Part shown: in pieces, positions 30,321-41,187 of the stretch
Numbering within the stretch: the stretch's first letter is position 1
How the letters are laid out: each line of letters starts with the position of its first letter
Assembly (NCBI GenBank): GCA_963827655.1
Contig: CAWHCF010000046.1
Coordinates: forward strand, 1-64,000
DNA: 64,000 nt
From: an uncultured Acidobacteriota bacterium
GTDB taxonomy: Bacteria > Acidobacteriota > UBA6911
Direction of reading: 5' to 3'
Position numbers and translations under genes: made by a program
Notes under the pieces: model-generated
The model's database searches: none
Seen by the model: only the letters and a program-made list of their open reading frames with translations
Told to the model about the DNA's origin: nothing

Positions 30321-30442
30321 CCTTAGAGCCTTCGAGTCTCGCGGTTGAGTGCCATCCTCGCCGACACCCCATATCAATTCCCCCTGCGCAAAAGTATAAT
30401 TCACGTCACGAGAGCTTTGGTGGCTCGTCATTGGAGGTACGT

Positions 30443-32180
30443 ATGACTAGGAAAACTGCCTGGGTGCTGGGGATTCTCGTTCTGGTCTTGGTCATCTCTG
30501 TCGGCGTTGCTGCGTTCGGCTTGTACATGTTATTTCGCCCCGACAGGATCGATGTGGCGCAGAACAGCGTTCTGGAAATAAACCTGGACGAACAGGTTCC
30601 CGAACTGCCCGCGACGTCCACGGTGGTTCAGATTCTGCGATCGGATGTCATCAACATGGTCGACCTGGGACTGGTTCTACGCGAGGCAGCCAGGGATCAG
30701 AGGATCTCGTCCGTTTACCTCAGGATTCATTCGCAGGTCGGAAACTGGGCCCAGGTCGAAGAGATTCGCGACTATTTGAAGGTGTTTCGGAAATCCAACA
30801 AGAAAATCTATGCTCACCTGGCGCTCGACATGGCCGACGAAAGCGAGCTTTACCTTGCGTCTCAAGCCGACGAGATTTATCTCAACCCGGATGCCGGCCT
30901 CCTGGTCAACGGTCTGGTAGCAGAAATTGATTTCTACAAGAAAATGATGGACAAGCTGAAGGTCGAACCTCAGTTCCTGCAGTTCAAGGAATTCAAGAGC
31001 CCGGAGAACTGGAATCGCGAAAATATGACTCCTGAATTCCGCGCCATGATGGAAAGCATCCTGGCCGATATCCAGAACCGTTTTGTTCAGACTGTGGCGC
31101 AGGAACGCCGCATCGAGACGGCGCGTTTGCGCGAACTGCTCAATCAGGGGATTGCCCCGGCCCGTCTGGCCCTCCAGGAGCACCTGGTCACCGCGCTCGG
31201 ATACGAGGACGAGGTCCAATCCAAGCTGATGGTTGACAAGCCCGGCGGCGGCAAAGAGTACCGCTCCATCAGCGCGAGCAAGTATCTGAAGGTTCTTCAG
31301 GCCAGGACCGGTCGCAAACCGACGACATCGCGTGGCTCTGGTGGGCGGGCTGGGTCCAATTGTGGCCGGTCCGGGTGATGAAACCTGGGAGCAGGTCATG
31401 GGGGGCGAAACCATGGCCGCGCGCCTGCGGGAGATTCGTAAGGAAAAGGACATCAAAGGGGTCCTCTTCCGCGTCGACAGTCCAGGGGGCTCGGCCGTGG
31501 GTTCCGACAAGGTTTGGCGGGAGATTCGGTTGCTCGAGAAAGAAGGCAAACCGGTGGTCGTCAGCATGGCCGGCGTGGCAGGCTCAGGAGGATACTACAT
31601 CGCTATGGGAGCCCGCAAAATCGTGGCCCAACCTTCCACAATCACCGGGTCCATTGGAGTTATCTTCGGCAAGTTCAATCTGAAAGGGCTCTTCGAACAC
31701 TGGCTCGGCATCACAACCGACAAGGTGAAGCTGGCCGAGAATGCCGATATCTTTTCGCCGGTCAGCGCGCTCTCCGACCAGCAGAGGGAGCAGATCCGGC
31801 GCTGGATGGAAGAAATCTACAACAATTTCGTGCGCAAGGCCGCCGAAGGCCGCGGGACGACGTTTGAGGATCTGGAACGGAAAGCTCACGGGCGGATTTA
31901 TACAGGGGCCCAGGCCAAGCAGCTCAAGCTGATTGATGAAGTCGGCGGTCTGAGCACTGCCATCGAGCTTCTCAAAAAGGAGTTGAAGATTCCCGACTCC
32001 GAAAACGTCGACCTGGTGCTCTATCCCAAACCGAAGAGTCTGAGGCAGAGTTTTCTGGAAGGTGACCTGTTCAAGGTTTCGACCGGCAGGCCTTCGCTGG
32101 ATTCCTTCTGGCAGCGAACGATTCGGACGCTGGAAACTCCGGGTCCATGGCTGCTGGCGCCTGAAGTGAGGATTCGCTAG
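30443..32180 (+). CDS. sppA: Signal peptide peptidase SppA, 67K type (frameshift ~31325)
   Basis: N-terminal TM; EFKSPE; RVDSPGGSAVGSD; PVVVSMAGVAGSGGYYIA; TITGSIGV; GRIYTGAQA. Confidence 0.92.
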
Positions 32181-32211
32181 TCATGTCTTTGGTTGATGCA
32201 AGGAGACCAGC

Positions 32212-35200
32212 ATGACTGACCGACTCTTTCTCCGCTGCTTCTTCGTCGCAGTATCATGGACCGTGGTCGTTGGCACCGGATGGGCCCAGACTCCGACCGG
32301 CACTATCGTCGGGACAGTGAGCGACCAGTCACGAGCCCTCCTTCCCGGGGTGACGATCACGATTGAGAATCAGGCCACCGGGGTCAAGGCCACGGCCCTC
32401 AGTAACGACGAAGGGCACTTCGTCGTTCCTTACCTGCAGCCGGGACGCTATATCCTTTTGGCTCAGCTTCAGGGTTTCGCGACCGCCGAGATCAAGGACC
32501 TGGTCCTGCAGATAAACCAAACGCGCGAGGTGCAACTGAACATGCAGGTCGGAGAGCTCACAGAGACCGTGACCGTCGACGAGGCGGTTCCTCTGGTCGA
32601 CACCGTCAGTTCCGCCGTGGGCCAGGTGATTGACAATCAGCGCGTCGTAGAACTGCCGTTGAATGGCCGCAACTTTGTTCAGTTAGCAACTCTGAGCCCT
32701 GGAACCAGCACCCGTGGCACAAACCAATTCACCAGTGAACCCGATGTCAACATTAACGGCAATCGAGGCAAAGCGGCGGGATTCCTGATTGACGGGGCGG
32801 AAAACTTCGAACAAAACGCCGAAACCGTCATGATCAGTCCTTCCATCGAGACTATCCATGAATTCAAGGTCCAGAGCAGCACGTTCTCAGCCGCGGAAGG
32901 AAGGCAAGCAGCGGTCATCTCAGTAGTCACGAAGTCGGGAACCAATCAGTTCCGGGGGAACCTCTTTGAATTCCTGCGCAATGAGAATTTCGACGCCCGG
33001 AACTTTTTTAACCCGACCAGCGAAGCGGAGCCGCTGAAACGCAATCAGTTCGGCGGAACCTTCGGCGGGCCGGCGATCCGGGACCGGCTGTTCTTCTTTG
33101 CGGCCTATGAAGGGACACGAGAGCGCAGGGGCGCCGTGCGCAACAGCCTGGTGCCTAACGCAGCCCAGCGCGGTGGTGATCTGTCGTCGCTTCCACCTAT
33201 TTTCGATCCGGCAACGACGTCTGAAGCGAGCCGAACGCGACAGCGGTTTTCCGGCAATCTCATTCCGGCCACGCGGCTCGATTCCATTGCCTTGAGAACG
33301 CTGCAATACATACCGTTGCCTAATGCCCCCGGCGACCGCTTTATTACCAGCGTCTCGAACAAGGTCAACGTCGATCAGTACAGTTTTCGCGGGGACTACA
33401 AGCCTACTCAAAAGGACTCCTTTTTCGCCCGCTATACCCACAATCACCGGTTCTTGACATCTCCGGGACCTTACCAGACGATCGTGGGCGGGGACGACCA
33501 GGATGTTCTTTCCCTGAACGGCGTTTTCTCCTACACCCGGTCGTTCTCGCCCAATACGTTGAATGAGTTCCGATTTGCCGCCACCCGGTTTCACCTGGAA
33601 TTCGATACGCTGAGCAAAGACCTGAAGATCATCGACGACTTTGGCATCCAGGGACTGGAAGGGAGAAAGAGAGAGAATATTGAAGGGTTTCCCATCCTCA
33701 ATGTTACGGGTTACGGCAACTTCGGCGACATTGGAATTCGTCCGCTGCAGCAGCGCTTCAACACGTTTACCTGGGCGGATACCTTCACGTGGACCAGGGG
33801 CAACCACACGTTGAGGACCGGGGTTGATATTCGACGGTACCAGAGAGCCGCTTTCAACGGCATCGATGCCCGCGGCAATTTCTCGTTCACCGGTGTCTCG
33901 ACTCAAAACCCGGCTGCACCGGGAGGCACCGGATCAGGCCTGGCCGATTTTCTGCTCGGATTGCCGACCTCGGCCCGCCGGAACTTTCCGCGCCTGCGCC
34001 AGCAGCTCTTCTGGACTAATGTCAGCTCCTTTGTTCACGATGATTGGAAGCTATCGCGACGGCTGACTCTGAACCTCGGGCTGCGCCACGAGTTTAACGG
34101 CGCTCCTCTGGAAAAACTGAACCGGATCGGCAGTTTTGATTTTGCGACCGGGCGGCCGATTGCAGCCTGCGATTCCAGTGGACAGATGCATAAAGACGCG
34201 CTGATTTTCTTCACGCCGCTGGAACTGGATTCGCTTCAAACAAGCTGTGGCCAGGCGGTGGGATTTCCAGCCCGAAGTCTGCGCGAGAACAATCTTCTGA
34301 GCTTTGCCCCGCGCTTCGGATTAGCCTACGACCTCTTTGGCGGGGGGAAGACGGTGATCCGCGGCGGTTACGGCATCTTCTACACGCTGGTGGGAGGTAA
34401 CCTCCTCACCCGGATCATCGGTTCATTGCCATTCTTCCGCGGAGAGACGTTCGATACCGACCGGCTGGTGCCGACCCTCACCTTTGCGCAGGCTTTTCCC
34501 GAAAGCACCGCATTTCCAGTTCCGGACATCATTGCGTTTCCCCGGAATCCGAGCGACCCCTACGTCCAGGATTGGAGTGTCAGCATTCAGCAACAACTCG
34601 GTCGCGCTACGGTTCTGGAAGCCGCGTACGTGGGCAACAGAGGAACCCATCTCGACATTAACTATCAGGCAAACCAGCCGCTGATGCCGGCGGCCGGAGC
34701 CATCCAGCAACGGCGTCCATACCCGCTGTTCTCCACCATTACACTTGATACGACTGTGGGCTATGGAAACTACCATTCCCTGCAGGTGCGCGCCGAGAGG
34801 CGGTTCGGGCAAGGCTTGTCTTTTCTCGCGGCTTACACGCTTTCGAAGTCGATTATCATGGCGGGCCAATCCCAGGATCCATGGAATCTCGACGACGGCA
34901 AGGGACCGGCGCCTTATGATATTCCCCAGCAGTTTGTCTTCAGCACGGTTTACGAGTTGCCGTTTGGCCGGAACCGCACCTTCCTCAACAGAGGCGGGGT
35001 GGTGGATGCGGTCCTGGGCGGATGGCAGATCAGCGGAATTGTGCTCCTGCAATCCGGTGTGCCTTTCAGTCCTACGACGGGGCGCGACAGCGCGAATATG
35101 GGGACGACAACCCGTCCTGACCGGCTGGGCAGCGGCACGGTCCCGGAGCCGACCATCGACCGCTGGTTTGATGCATCGGCCTTCGCGAACCCGGCGCCGT

Positions 35201-35451
35201 TCGTGTTCGGCACTTCGGGGGTGAATATCCTGAGACAGGACGGATTTCAAAACCTCGACCTCTCGATCAGCAAGGATTTTCACTTCAGCGAGTCGCGTTA
35301 CCTGCAGTTCCGCTCGGAGTTTTTTAACACTTTCAACCACCCGAATTTTGGACCGCCGAATGCGAATATCAATCAACCGGCGCAGGTGGGACGCGTGTTC
35401 AGCGCCGCCGATCCTCGCATTGTCCAGCTGGCGCTCAAACTATTTTTTTAG
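32212..35451 (+). CDS. TonB-dependent receptor (carboxypeptidase regulatory-like domain)
   Basis: Intact 1079 aa; LPLNGRNFVQLA, RNQFGGTFGGP, C-terminal PRIVQLALKLFF. Confidence 0.95.
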   Translation: MTDRLFLRCFFVAVSWTVVVGTGWAQTPTGTIVGTVSDQSRALLPGVTITIENQATGVKATALSNDEGHFVVPYLQPGRYILLAQLQGFATAEIKDLVLQINQTREVQLNMQVGELTETVTVDEAVPLVDTVSSAVGQVIDNQRVVELPLNGRNFVQLATLSPGTSTRGTNQFTSEPDVNINGNRGKAAGFLIDGAENFEQNAETVMISPSIETIHEFKVQSSTFSAAEGRQAAVISVVTKSGTNQFRGNLFEFLRNENFDARNFFNPTSEAEPLKRNQFGGTFGGPAIRDRLFFFAAYEGTRERRGAVRNSLVPNAAQRGGDLSSLPPIFDPATTSEASRTRQRFSGNLIPATRLDSIALRTLQYIPLPNAPGDRFITSVSNKVNVDQYSFRGDYKPTQKDSFFARYTHNHRFLTSPGPYQTIVGGDDQDVLSLNGVFSYTRSFSPNTLNEFRFAATRFHLEFDTLSKDLKIIDDFGIQGLEGRKRENIEGFPILNVTGYGNFGDIGIRPLQQRFNTFTWADTFTWTRGNHTLRTGVDIRRYQRAAFNGIDARGNFSFTGVSTQNPAAPGGTGSGLADFLLGLPTSARRNFPRLRQQLFWTNVSSFVHDDWKLSRRLTLNLGLRHEFNGAPLEKLNRIGSFDFATGRPIAACDSSGQMHKDALIFFTPLELDSLQTSCGQAVGFPARSLRENNLLSFAPRFGLAYDLFGGGKTVIRGGYGIFYTLVGGNLLTRIIGSLPFFRGETFDTDRLVPTLTFAQAFPESTAFPVPDIIAFPRNPSDPYVQDWSVSIQQQLGRATVLEAAYVGNRGTHLDINYQANQPLMPAAGAIQQRRPYPLFSTITLDTTVGYGNYHSLQVRAERRFGQGLSFLAAYTLSKSIIMAGQSQDPWNLDDGKGPAPYDIPQQFVFSTVYELPFGRNRTFLNRGGVVDAVLGGWQISGIVLLQSGVPFSPTTGRDSANMGTTTRPDRLGSGTVPEPTIDRWFDASAFANPAPFVFGTSGVNILRQDGFQNLDLSISKDFHFSESRYLQFRSEFFNTFNHPNFGPPNANINQPAQVGRVFSAADPRIVQLALKLFF

Positions 35452-35480
35452 ACCGGGCGCTTCACCCCAGGGGGTTTCAA

Positions 35481-36938
35481 TTGCCGCGCGCCGCTGAATA
35501 CTTGGCATTTCTTTGGGTCATTGCGTACTGGTGGCTGATTCCGGACCTGGCGGCCCGGCCCCAGGCGGTCACGGCCACGCGTCCGAACATCATCGTGATC
35601 CTTTGCGATGATCTGGGCTACAGCGATCTGGGCTGTTACGGCAACCGGATCATTCGCACTCCTAATCTCGACCGCCTGGCCTCACAGGGCACGCGCTTTA
35701 CCCAGTTCTACATGACCTCGCCCGTGTGCACGCCGTCGCGCGCCGCGCTGATGACCGGGTTTTATCCCCAGCGCTTCGGCATTCACCATGCCGATCTTCC
35801 AGAATCCTTGCCGCGATATCCGCTTCCCGAGTCCGCCGTCACGATCGCTGAGGTCTTGAAGCGCGCCGGTTACTACACGGCCCATATAGGCAAGTGGCAT
35901 CTGGGCGAGCCTCCCGAGACCGTGGTCCCCAGGAAACAGGGTCTTGACTATTTCTTCGGCTGCTTCGGCGGCCGACCCAGCTCTCCCTGGAACAGATACG
36001 CGCGCTCGATGGATCCCGAAATCATTGTCGACGAGAATCGCCCCGTGGTGTACCAGGGTCACGTCACCGAGGTGCAGACAAAAGCCGCTCTCGATGTGCT
36101 CGGCCGAGTGGCGCGCAATCAACCGTTCTTTCTGAACCTCTGGTACAACGCGCCGCACGAGCCGCTCGCGCCGCTTCCTGACCAGTCCGAGATCTACCGG
36201 CATTGGAGCCCGGAAGAACAAACCTACTTCCAGACTGTCACCGACATGGACAAAGGTGTCGGCCAGATCCTGGCCAGGCTTGACGAGATGGGCATCGGCA
36301 ACGAAACGCTGATTTTCTTTTCCAGCGACAACGGACCGGAAGCTCATTCGATGAAGTACTCCCGAGGTTCAGCCTGGCCGCTGAAAGGAATGAAGACGCA
36401 ATTGTGGGAAGGCGGGGTCAGGGTGCCGGCGATCATGCGGTGGCCCGGCAAGGTTCCCGCGGGCAAGTCGTCGGAAGCAATCACGAGCGTGCTCGACATC
36501 TTCCCGACATTGTGCGCGGCAGCCGGTATCAGCGAAAAAGAACTACAGGCGATGCGCGACCCTCCCGCGAGTGACCGTGGTATTGATTTGCTTCCCGTCG
36601 TAAATGGAAATCTCAGCGGGACCGATCGCGCAATCTTTTTCGAATTCCATTTTCCGCAAAGGGGCGTTGAGTCGAGCCTTCCGATGGCGGTGCGGCGAGG
36701 CAAGTGGAAGCTGTTTGCTAATCACGCGTTCACCGCGGTTCAGCTTTACGACCTGGACCGAGACCTGGGCGAGCAGAAAGATGTGGCTGCGGAAAACGAA
36801 GCGATGATGCGGGAGTTAAAAGCTCAGCTGCAGCGATGGTGGGCTCAGTTCACGGGCAAGGTGGACCTGAATGCCCCGCGAACGAGTGTGCCCGTACCGT
36901 CAACCGAAGAGCTGGAGAAAAGGCACTACCGCAATTAG
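35481..36938 (+). CDS. Arylsulfatase-like sulfatase (Cys-type)
   Basis: PNIIVILCDDLGY, CTPSRAALMTG, GKWHLG, SDNG, EGGVRVP. Confidence 0.95.
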   Translation: MPRAAEYLAFLWVIAYWWLIPDLAARPQAVTATRPNIIVILCDDLGYSDLGCYGNRIIRTPNLDRLASQGTRFTQFYMTSPVCTPSRAALMTGFYPQRFGIHHADLPESLPRYPLPESAVTIAEVLKRAGYYTAHIGKWHLGEPPETVVPRKQGLDYFFGCFGGRPSSPWNRYARSMDPEIIVDENRPVVYQGHVTEVQTKAALDVLGRVARNQPFFLNLWYNAPHEPLAPLPDQSEIYRHWSPEEQTYFQTVTDMDKGVGQILARLDEMGIGNETLIFFSSDNGPEAHSMKYSRGSAWPLKGMKTQLWEGGVRVPAIMRWPGKVPAGKSSEAITSVLDIFPTLCAAAGISEKELQAMRDPPASDRGIDLLPVVNGNLSGTDRAIFFEFHFPQRGVESSLPMAVRRGKWKLFANHAFTAVQLYDLDRDLGEQKDVAAENEAMMRELKAQLQRWWAQFTGKVDLNAPRTSVPVPSTEELEKRHYRN

Positions 36939-36950
36939 CCAATTTCCTTC

Positions 36951-37101
36951 AAACCACGAAGACGCGAAGACACACCGCATTTGCATTGGTCATTTCTTGA
37001 TGCTTTACGCTTGGGCGGAGCCCGGTTCGAAGACCGCATAACCAAACCGACAAACGGCGTTGATCAATGAAAAATGACAAATGACTGATGAAAAATGACA
37101 A
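36951..37101. repeat. Composite intergenic repeat: forward 9-mer repeat followed by a heptamer inverted pair
   Basis: AAACCACGAAGACGCGAAGACACACC; CATTTGCATTGGTCATTT ... CAATGAAAAATGACAAATGACTGATGAAAAATGACAA. Confidence 0.75.
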
Positions 37102-37170
37102 AGTAACTGTGCGTGTTGGTGACTCTGAACTTATCGAGCAAAAAATGATGCACATCGAGAGGATAATGGT

Positions 37171-38019
37171 ATGGCTTACGGAATGAACATGCTCTTGTGG
37201 ACCGCCGATGCCACGGGCGAAAAATTCCTCGCGCTCTTCGAGCGCCTCAAGAAGATGGGATTCGATTCCGTCGAGATTCCCATCATGGCGCCGGACGTCA
37301 AGAAATGCGCCGAGCTGGGCGAGCGCCTGGAAAACATGGGGCTCAAGCGGACCGCGGTCACGGTACTCACGTCCGAAACCAATCTCATTGGCCCCGACAA
37401 GAAGCAGCGGCAGGGAGGCGTCGCCCATCTCAAGGCGGTCGCCGAATGCTGCCAGGCGCTGGGGTCGAGCCTGCTGGTCGGGCCGATTTACGCCGCGCTG
37501 GGAGTCTTCACCGGTAAAGGCCCCACGAGTGAGGAATGGCACTGGGCCGCTGAGGGGCTGCGCGAGGCCGCGGAAGGCGCCCGGAAGTGCGGAGTGACTC
37601 TGGTTGCCGAGTATTTGAATCGGTTCGAGATCTACCTCCTTAACTGCTGCGCAGACGCGGCCCGGATGGTCAAGGATGTCAACCATCCGAACTTCCGCAT
37701 GATGTACGACACCTTTCACGCCAACATCGAGGAAAAAGACATCACCGCCGCTCTCTCCGCGTGCGCCGACGTCATGATCCACGTGCACATCTCCGAAAAT
37801 GACCGCAGCACGCCGGGAAAAGGCGGCGTGAACTGGAAGGAAACCTTCGCCGCACTCAAGAAGATCCAGTACCAGGGCTCGCTTACCATCGAGGCATTCG
37901 GGCTGGCTCTCCCCGAACTGGCCGCCGCCACCAAGATCTGGCGCCGGATGTTCGAGGACGAAGAGCAGTTGGCGGAGCAGGGTCTGGCCTTCATGAAATC
38001 CCGGTGGGAATCCGTATAG
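37171..38019 (+). CDS. Sugar isomerase/epimerase (D-psicose/D-tagatose 3-epimerase family)
   Basis: EYLNRFE, YDTFHANIEE, HVHISENDRSTPG, IEAF. Confidence 0.9.
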   Translation: MAYGMNMLLWTADATGEKFLALFERLKKMGFDSVEIPIMAPDVKKCAELGERLENMGLKRTAVTVLTSETNLIGPDKKQRQGGVAHLKAVAECCQALGSSLLVGPIYAALGVFTGKGPTSEEWHWAAEGLREAAEGARKCGVTLVAEYLNRFEIYLLNCCADAARMVKDVNHPNFRMMYDTFHANIEEKDITAALSACADVMIHVHISENDRSTPGKGGVNWKETFAALKKIQYQGSLTIEAFGLALPELAAATKIWRRMFEDEEQLAEQGLAFMKSRWESV

Positions 38020-38070
38020 GGACACGATTCTTGGTGTTTCTTCGTGTCTTTGCGTCCTCGTGGTATCAGC

Positions 38071-38970
38071 ATGCTCGAACGGCGGTCGATTCGGTGGTTC
38101 ACCATCTGGCTTGGCTGGACGTTAATCGCCTTCTTTTTTGCCACCCACAGCTTCATCAACGCCTATCTTGGCTCCCAGTATGCGCCCCGACCGATGAGCC
38201 TGCGACAGGCGCTGATTTTGGCTCTGAGCGAGTGGTACGTCTGGGCGGCGCTGGCGCCTCTGATTGTCTGGCTCGCACGCCGCTTCCCAATCGAGCGGCC
38301 GCGCCTGTGGCGCGGTCTCGTCGTACACGCGGGCGCAGCTTTGATCTTGGCGGTATTCAAGGTCGGCATCGACATTTGGGTGATTCAACTCCTCGGCTGG
38401 AGTCCCAACCGCACCATGACTTCGTTTCGCCTTCATCCAAACCTGCTTACCTATGCAGCGATTGTGGGCGCAACTCACGCTCTCGAATACTATCGGCGAT
38501 ATCGTGAGCGCGAACTCCGCGCATCGCGGCTCGAGACGGAACTCGTCCAGGCTCAACTTCAGGCGCTCAAGATGCCTCCCGATGACGAAAACCTTCCGCC
38601 TTTCCAATGGGAGGCAGACCTTCACCGCGATCTCAAGCTCCGCGAGCTTTACGCCAAAATGTCAGTGACTACTCAGGAAACGATCGGTGGCGGAAGCGCC
38701 TGGGTGCTCGAGGCAGAATCTCGCCGCGGCCAAACCGAAAAGCTCTACTTTGACTCGCAAAGCGGTCTGCTACTCCGCCGGCTGCAAATTCGCGAAAGCC
38801 CGCTCGGACCCGTGCCGCTGCAAATGGACTTTGGCGACTACCGTGAGGTTGACGGCGTGAAAATCCCGTTTTTTAGCCGCTGGGCGCGGCCGGACGTGAC
38901 CTTTATCTTCCAGTACGATGAAGTGCGCCACAACCTGCCCGTGGAGGACGCCAGGTTCGAGAAACCTTGA
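38071..38970 (+). CDS. Chimeric ORF: LytS-type sensor kinase membrane domain fused to an unrelated beta-rich C-terminal domain
   Basis: Four TMs, then YRERELRASRLETELVQAQLQALKM, with no QLxPHFLFN H-box. The tail is KLYFDSQSGLL...DFGDYREVDGVKIPF...VRHNLPVEDARFEKP. Confidence 0.75.
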   Translation: MLERRSIRWFTIWLGWTLIAFFFATHSFINAYLGSQYAPRPMSLRQALILALSEWYVWAALAPLIVWLARRFPIERPRLWRGLVVHAGAALILAVFKVGIDIWVIQLLGWSPNRTMTSFRLHPNLLTYAAIVGATHALEYYRRYRERELRASRLETELVQAQLQALKMPPDDENLPPFQWEADLHRDLKLRELYAKMSVTTQETIGGGSAWVLEAESRRGQTEKLYFDSQSGLLLRRLQIRESPLGPVPLQMDFGDYREVDGVKIPFFSRWARPDVTFIFQYDEVRHNLPVEDARFEKP

Positions 38971-39310
38971 TTCGGGGACAGTCGCCGCGGTTCCCAACCG
39001 TCGGGAGTCAGGTGTGGAATCAGACTTCGGAAAGGGCCTCGCTTGAACCGCCGGACTATGTAGATGGTTTCAGTAGTGGGCGGAAAGACAGATGTGAGAT
39101 CGCCGGGATGTCGAAGACGGGCGTCCGTTGCCTGAAGCCGACGACACAGGTCGGAGAAGCCGTCCCGAGACTGTCCGGATTTGGACAACCTCATCCCAGG
39201 ACCGGACGTCCGGACCCGATGTAGCTCCACGACGAAACCGTTAACCTCTGACTATTCTTCGATTCAGCGCGTGGCACACCGCTTGCGATGGTTGCCTGCA
39301 GGAGGTGAGT

Positions 39311-39944
39311 ATGAAGAGCCGACTTATTGCGACTCGATACATCATCCCGACGCTGCTGGCGCTTCAAGTGGCTGGAGCCCAGATCCGCGAGCCCGCCGTA
39401 CCCCGCTCGTCGATTTGGATCGACACCGTCAAGCGGGGTGATATGGTTCGGGAGGTTCGGGGGCTCGGCCAGCTGCGGGGAGCGACCGGATCGGTGACAG
39501 CGATCCTTAAGGTCGCGGCGACCCAGGCCACCGAGATCAAGGTTGGTCAGGCCGCGAAGATCGACACAGGGCGCGCCCTTGTTGCCGGCACGGTAGCCGC
39601 GCGTCAGCTCGCCGCCCATCGATGGGATGGTCGACGTAGAGATCAAGCCTTCGAGCGCTTTACCCGAGGGCGCAATCTCCGGAACGGCGATCGACGGCAC
39701 GGTCGAGATTGAACGCCTGCAGAACATCCTCCACATCGGCCGGCCCGTCGCTGGGGGCGCCGGAAGCACCGTCGAGCTGTTTCGATTGGAACCCGGCGGC
39801 GACTATGCGGCCCGCGTGCCGGTATCATTTGGGCGAAGCTCAGTCAACGTGATCGAAATCCGCAAGGGCCTGCGCGAAGGGGACAAGGTCATCCTCTCGG
39901 ACATGTCGGCGTGGAGGACGAGCACTCGTATTCGCCTTGAGTAA
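39311..39944 (+). CDS. Short HlyD/membrane-fusion-protein-like protein (frameshift ~39615)
   Basis: SIWIDTVKRGDMVREVRGLG; DGTVEIERL..LHIGRP; VPVSFGRSSVNVIEIRKGLREGDKVILSDMS. Confidence 0.75.
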
Positions 39945-40140
39945 AAGGGATCGCAACAGCTTTCATGGATTGCCGCGACCGGGACGGGCTTCTTCGTTGT
40001 CCGCTTCTTTCGGGTCGTGCTCATAACGGCCGAATCCTCCCAGTCAGCAGCTGCTGCATCATACCCTGCTTCAGCGCACATGAATTCGCTTTGATTGATT
40101 GGCCGGGCACCACGGATTATGTTCTGACTATGCGTGAACC

Positions 40141-41099
40141 TTAGCCGGTTTCTGAGCCAGCCGGGCGGGCGCCTCCGCAGAGCTCGACGGCAGCCTGGAG
40201 GCGCGCAAGCAGACGATCGATCTCCGCGCGGGTCGGGCCGTCCGGGACCCAGGCATCCGGAGAGCGCATCCGATCCGAGATGAAGATTCCGCGTTGCTTC
40301 ATGATGTACCGCTCGATCGAGATGAATCCGTCCAGGCCTGCCTGAAGCTGGATCACCAGCAAGGCGAGGATGGGAAAATAAAGACTGTAAGCGACTTCGT
40401 CGTCGCCCCGCTCGAGCGCGCGCCAGAGCGGCACGATGGCGTCGATGAGCTCGCAACCAGGCATGACCCCGGTGATCCCGCGCCGGAAGCTATCGATGAG
40501 GTAGGCGCCTCCGGAGCCATCGAAGATGCGCGCGACATCGCCCGTCGCCTGGTTCAGTCGCGACACGTTCGGGCCGATCGGCGCCGTTTCCGGCTTGTAC
40601 AGGATCTTCTCCGGCCCGTAACGCTCGAGCAGGCTTGCCTGAAACTCGATCGTCATCGGATTGCCGACGTAGGCCGAGGCATCCTGAACGATGAGGGGCA
40701 GATCGATTTCGTCTGCAAGCTGGAGGAAATGCTTCTCGACCCCGCCACCGGCAAGCGGAGGGGTTGACATGATCGCGTCGTAGTGAGCCCGCTCGGCGGC
40801 GCGGCCGTACTCGATGGCCTCCGCCGTCGTCCGCGGCCGAGACGCTCGCCACGATGCTTCCGCGCCCGGCGTTGAGCCGCGCCACCACGTCGATCAGGGC
40901 GAGCCGCTCAGGACGCGTCAGCCGCAGAGTATCGGTCGCCAGCGCGATCGCGCAGCCGTCCACACCCACATGGTAGATCCAGTCGATCTCACGCTCGAGG
41001 GTGGTGACATTGATCGAATCGTCGCCGGTGTACTCGATGTGAAGAATCGGGATGACGCCCCTGAACGGCTCGGATCTTCCTTTTTGCTGACTTCATCAT
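40141..41099 (-). CDS. Dihydrodipicolinate synthase/N-acetylneuraminate lyase family protein (frameshifted)
   Basis: Fragments VIPILH..TLEREIDW, GVDGCAIALATD.LRL, LPLIVQDAS, LYKPE, FDGSGG, GVMPG. Confidence 0.8.
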
Positions 41100-41187
41100 G
41101 CGAAACAAATACCTCTGACGCGAAGACGCGAAGAAACACCAGGAATCTTGCTGTATACTTTCCCCAACATACTTCCGGAGGGTTACC

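Noticed and set aside
39945-40040. Short minus-strand start (MSTTRKKRTTKK...) with a GGAGGA RBS
   Set aside because: It runs into the opposite-strand gene after about 26 codons and cannot be assigned. It is possibly a truncated remnant.
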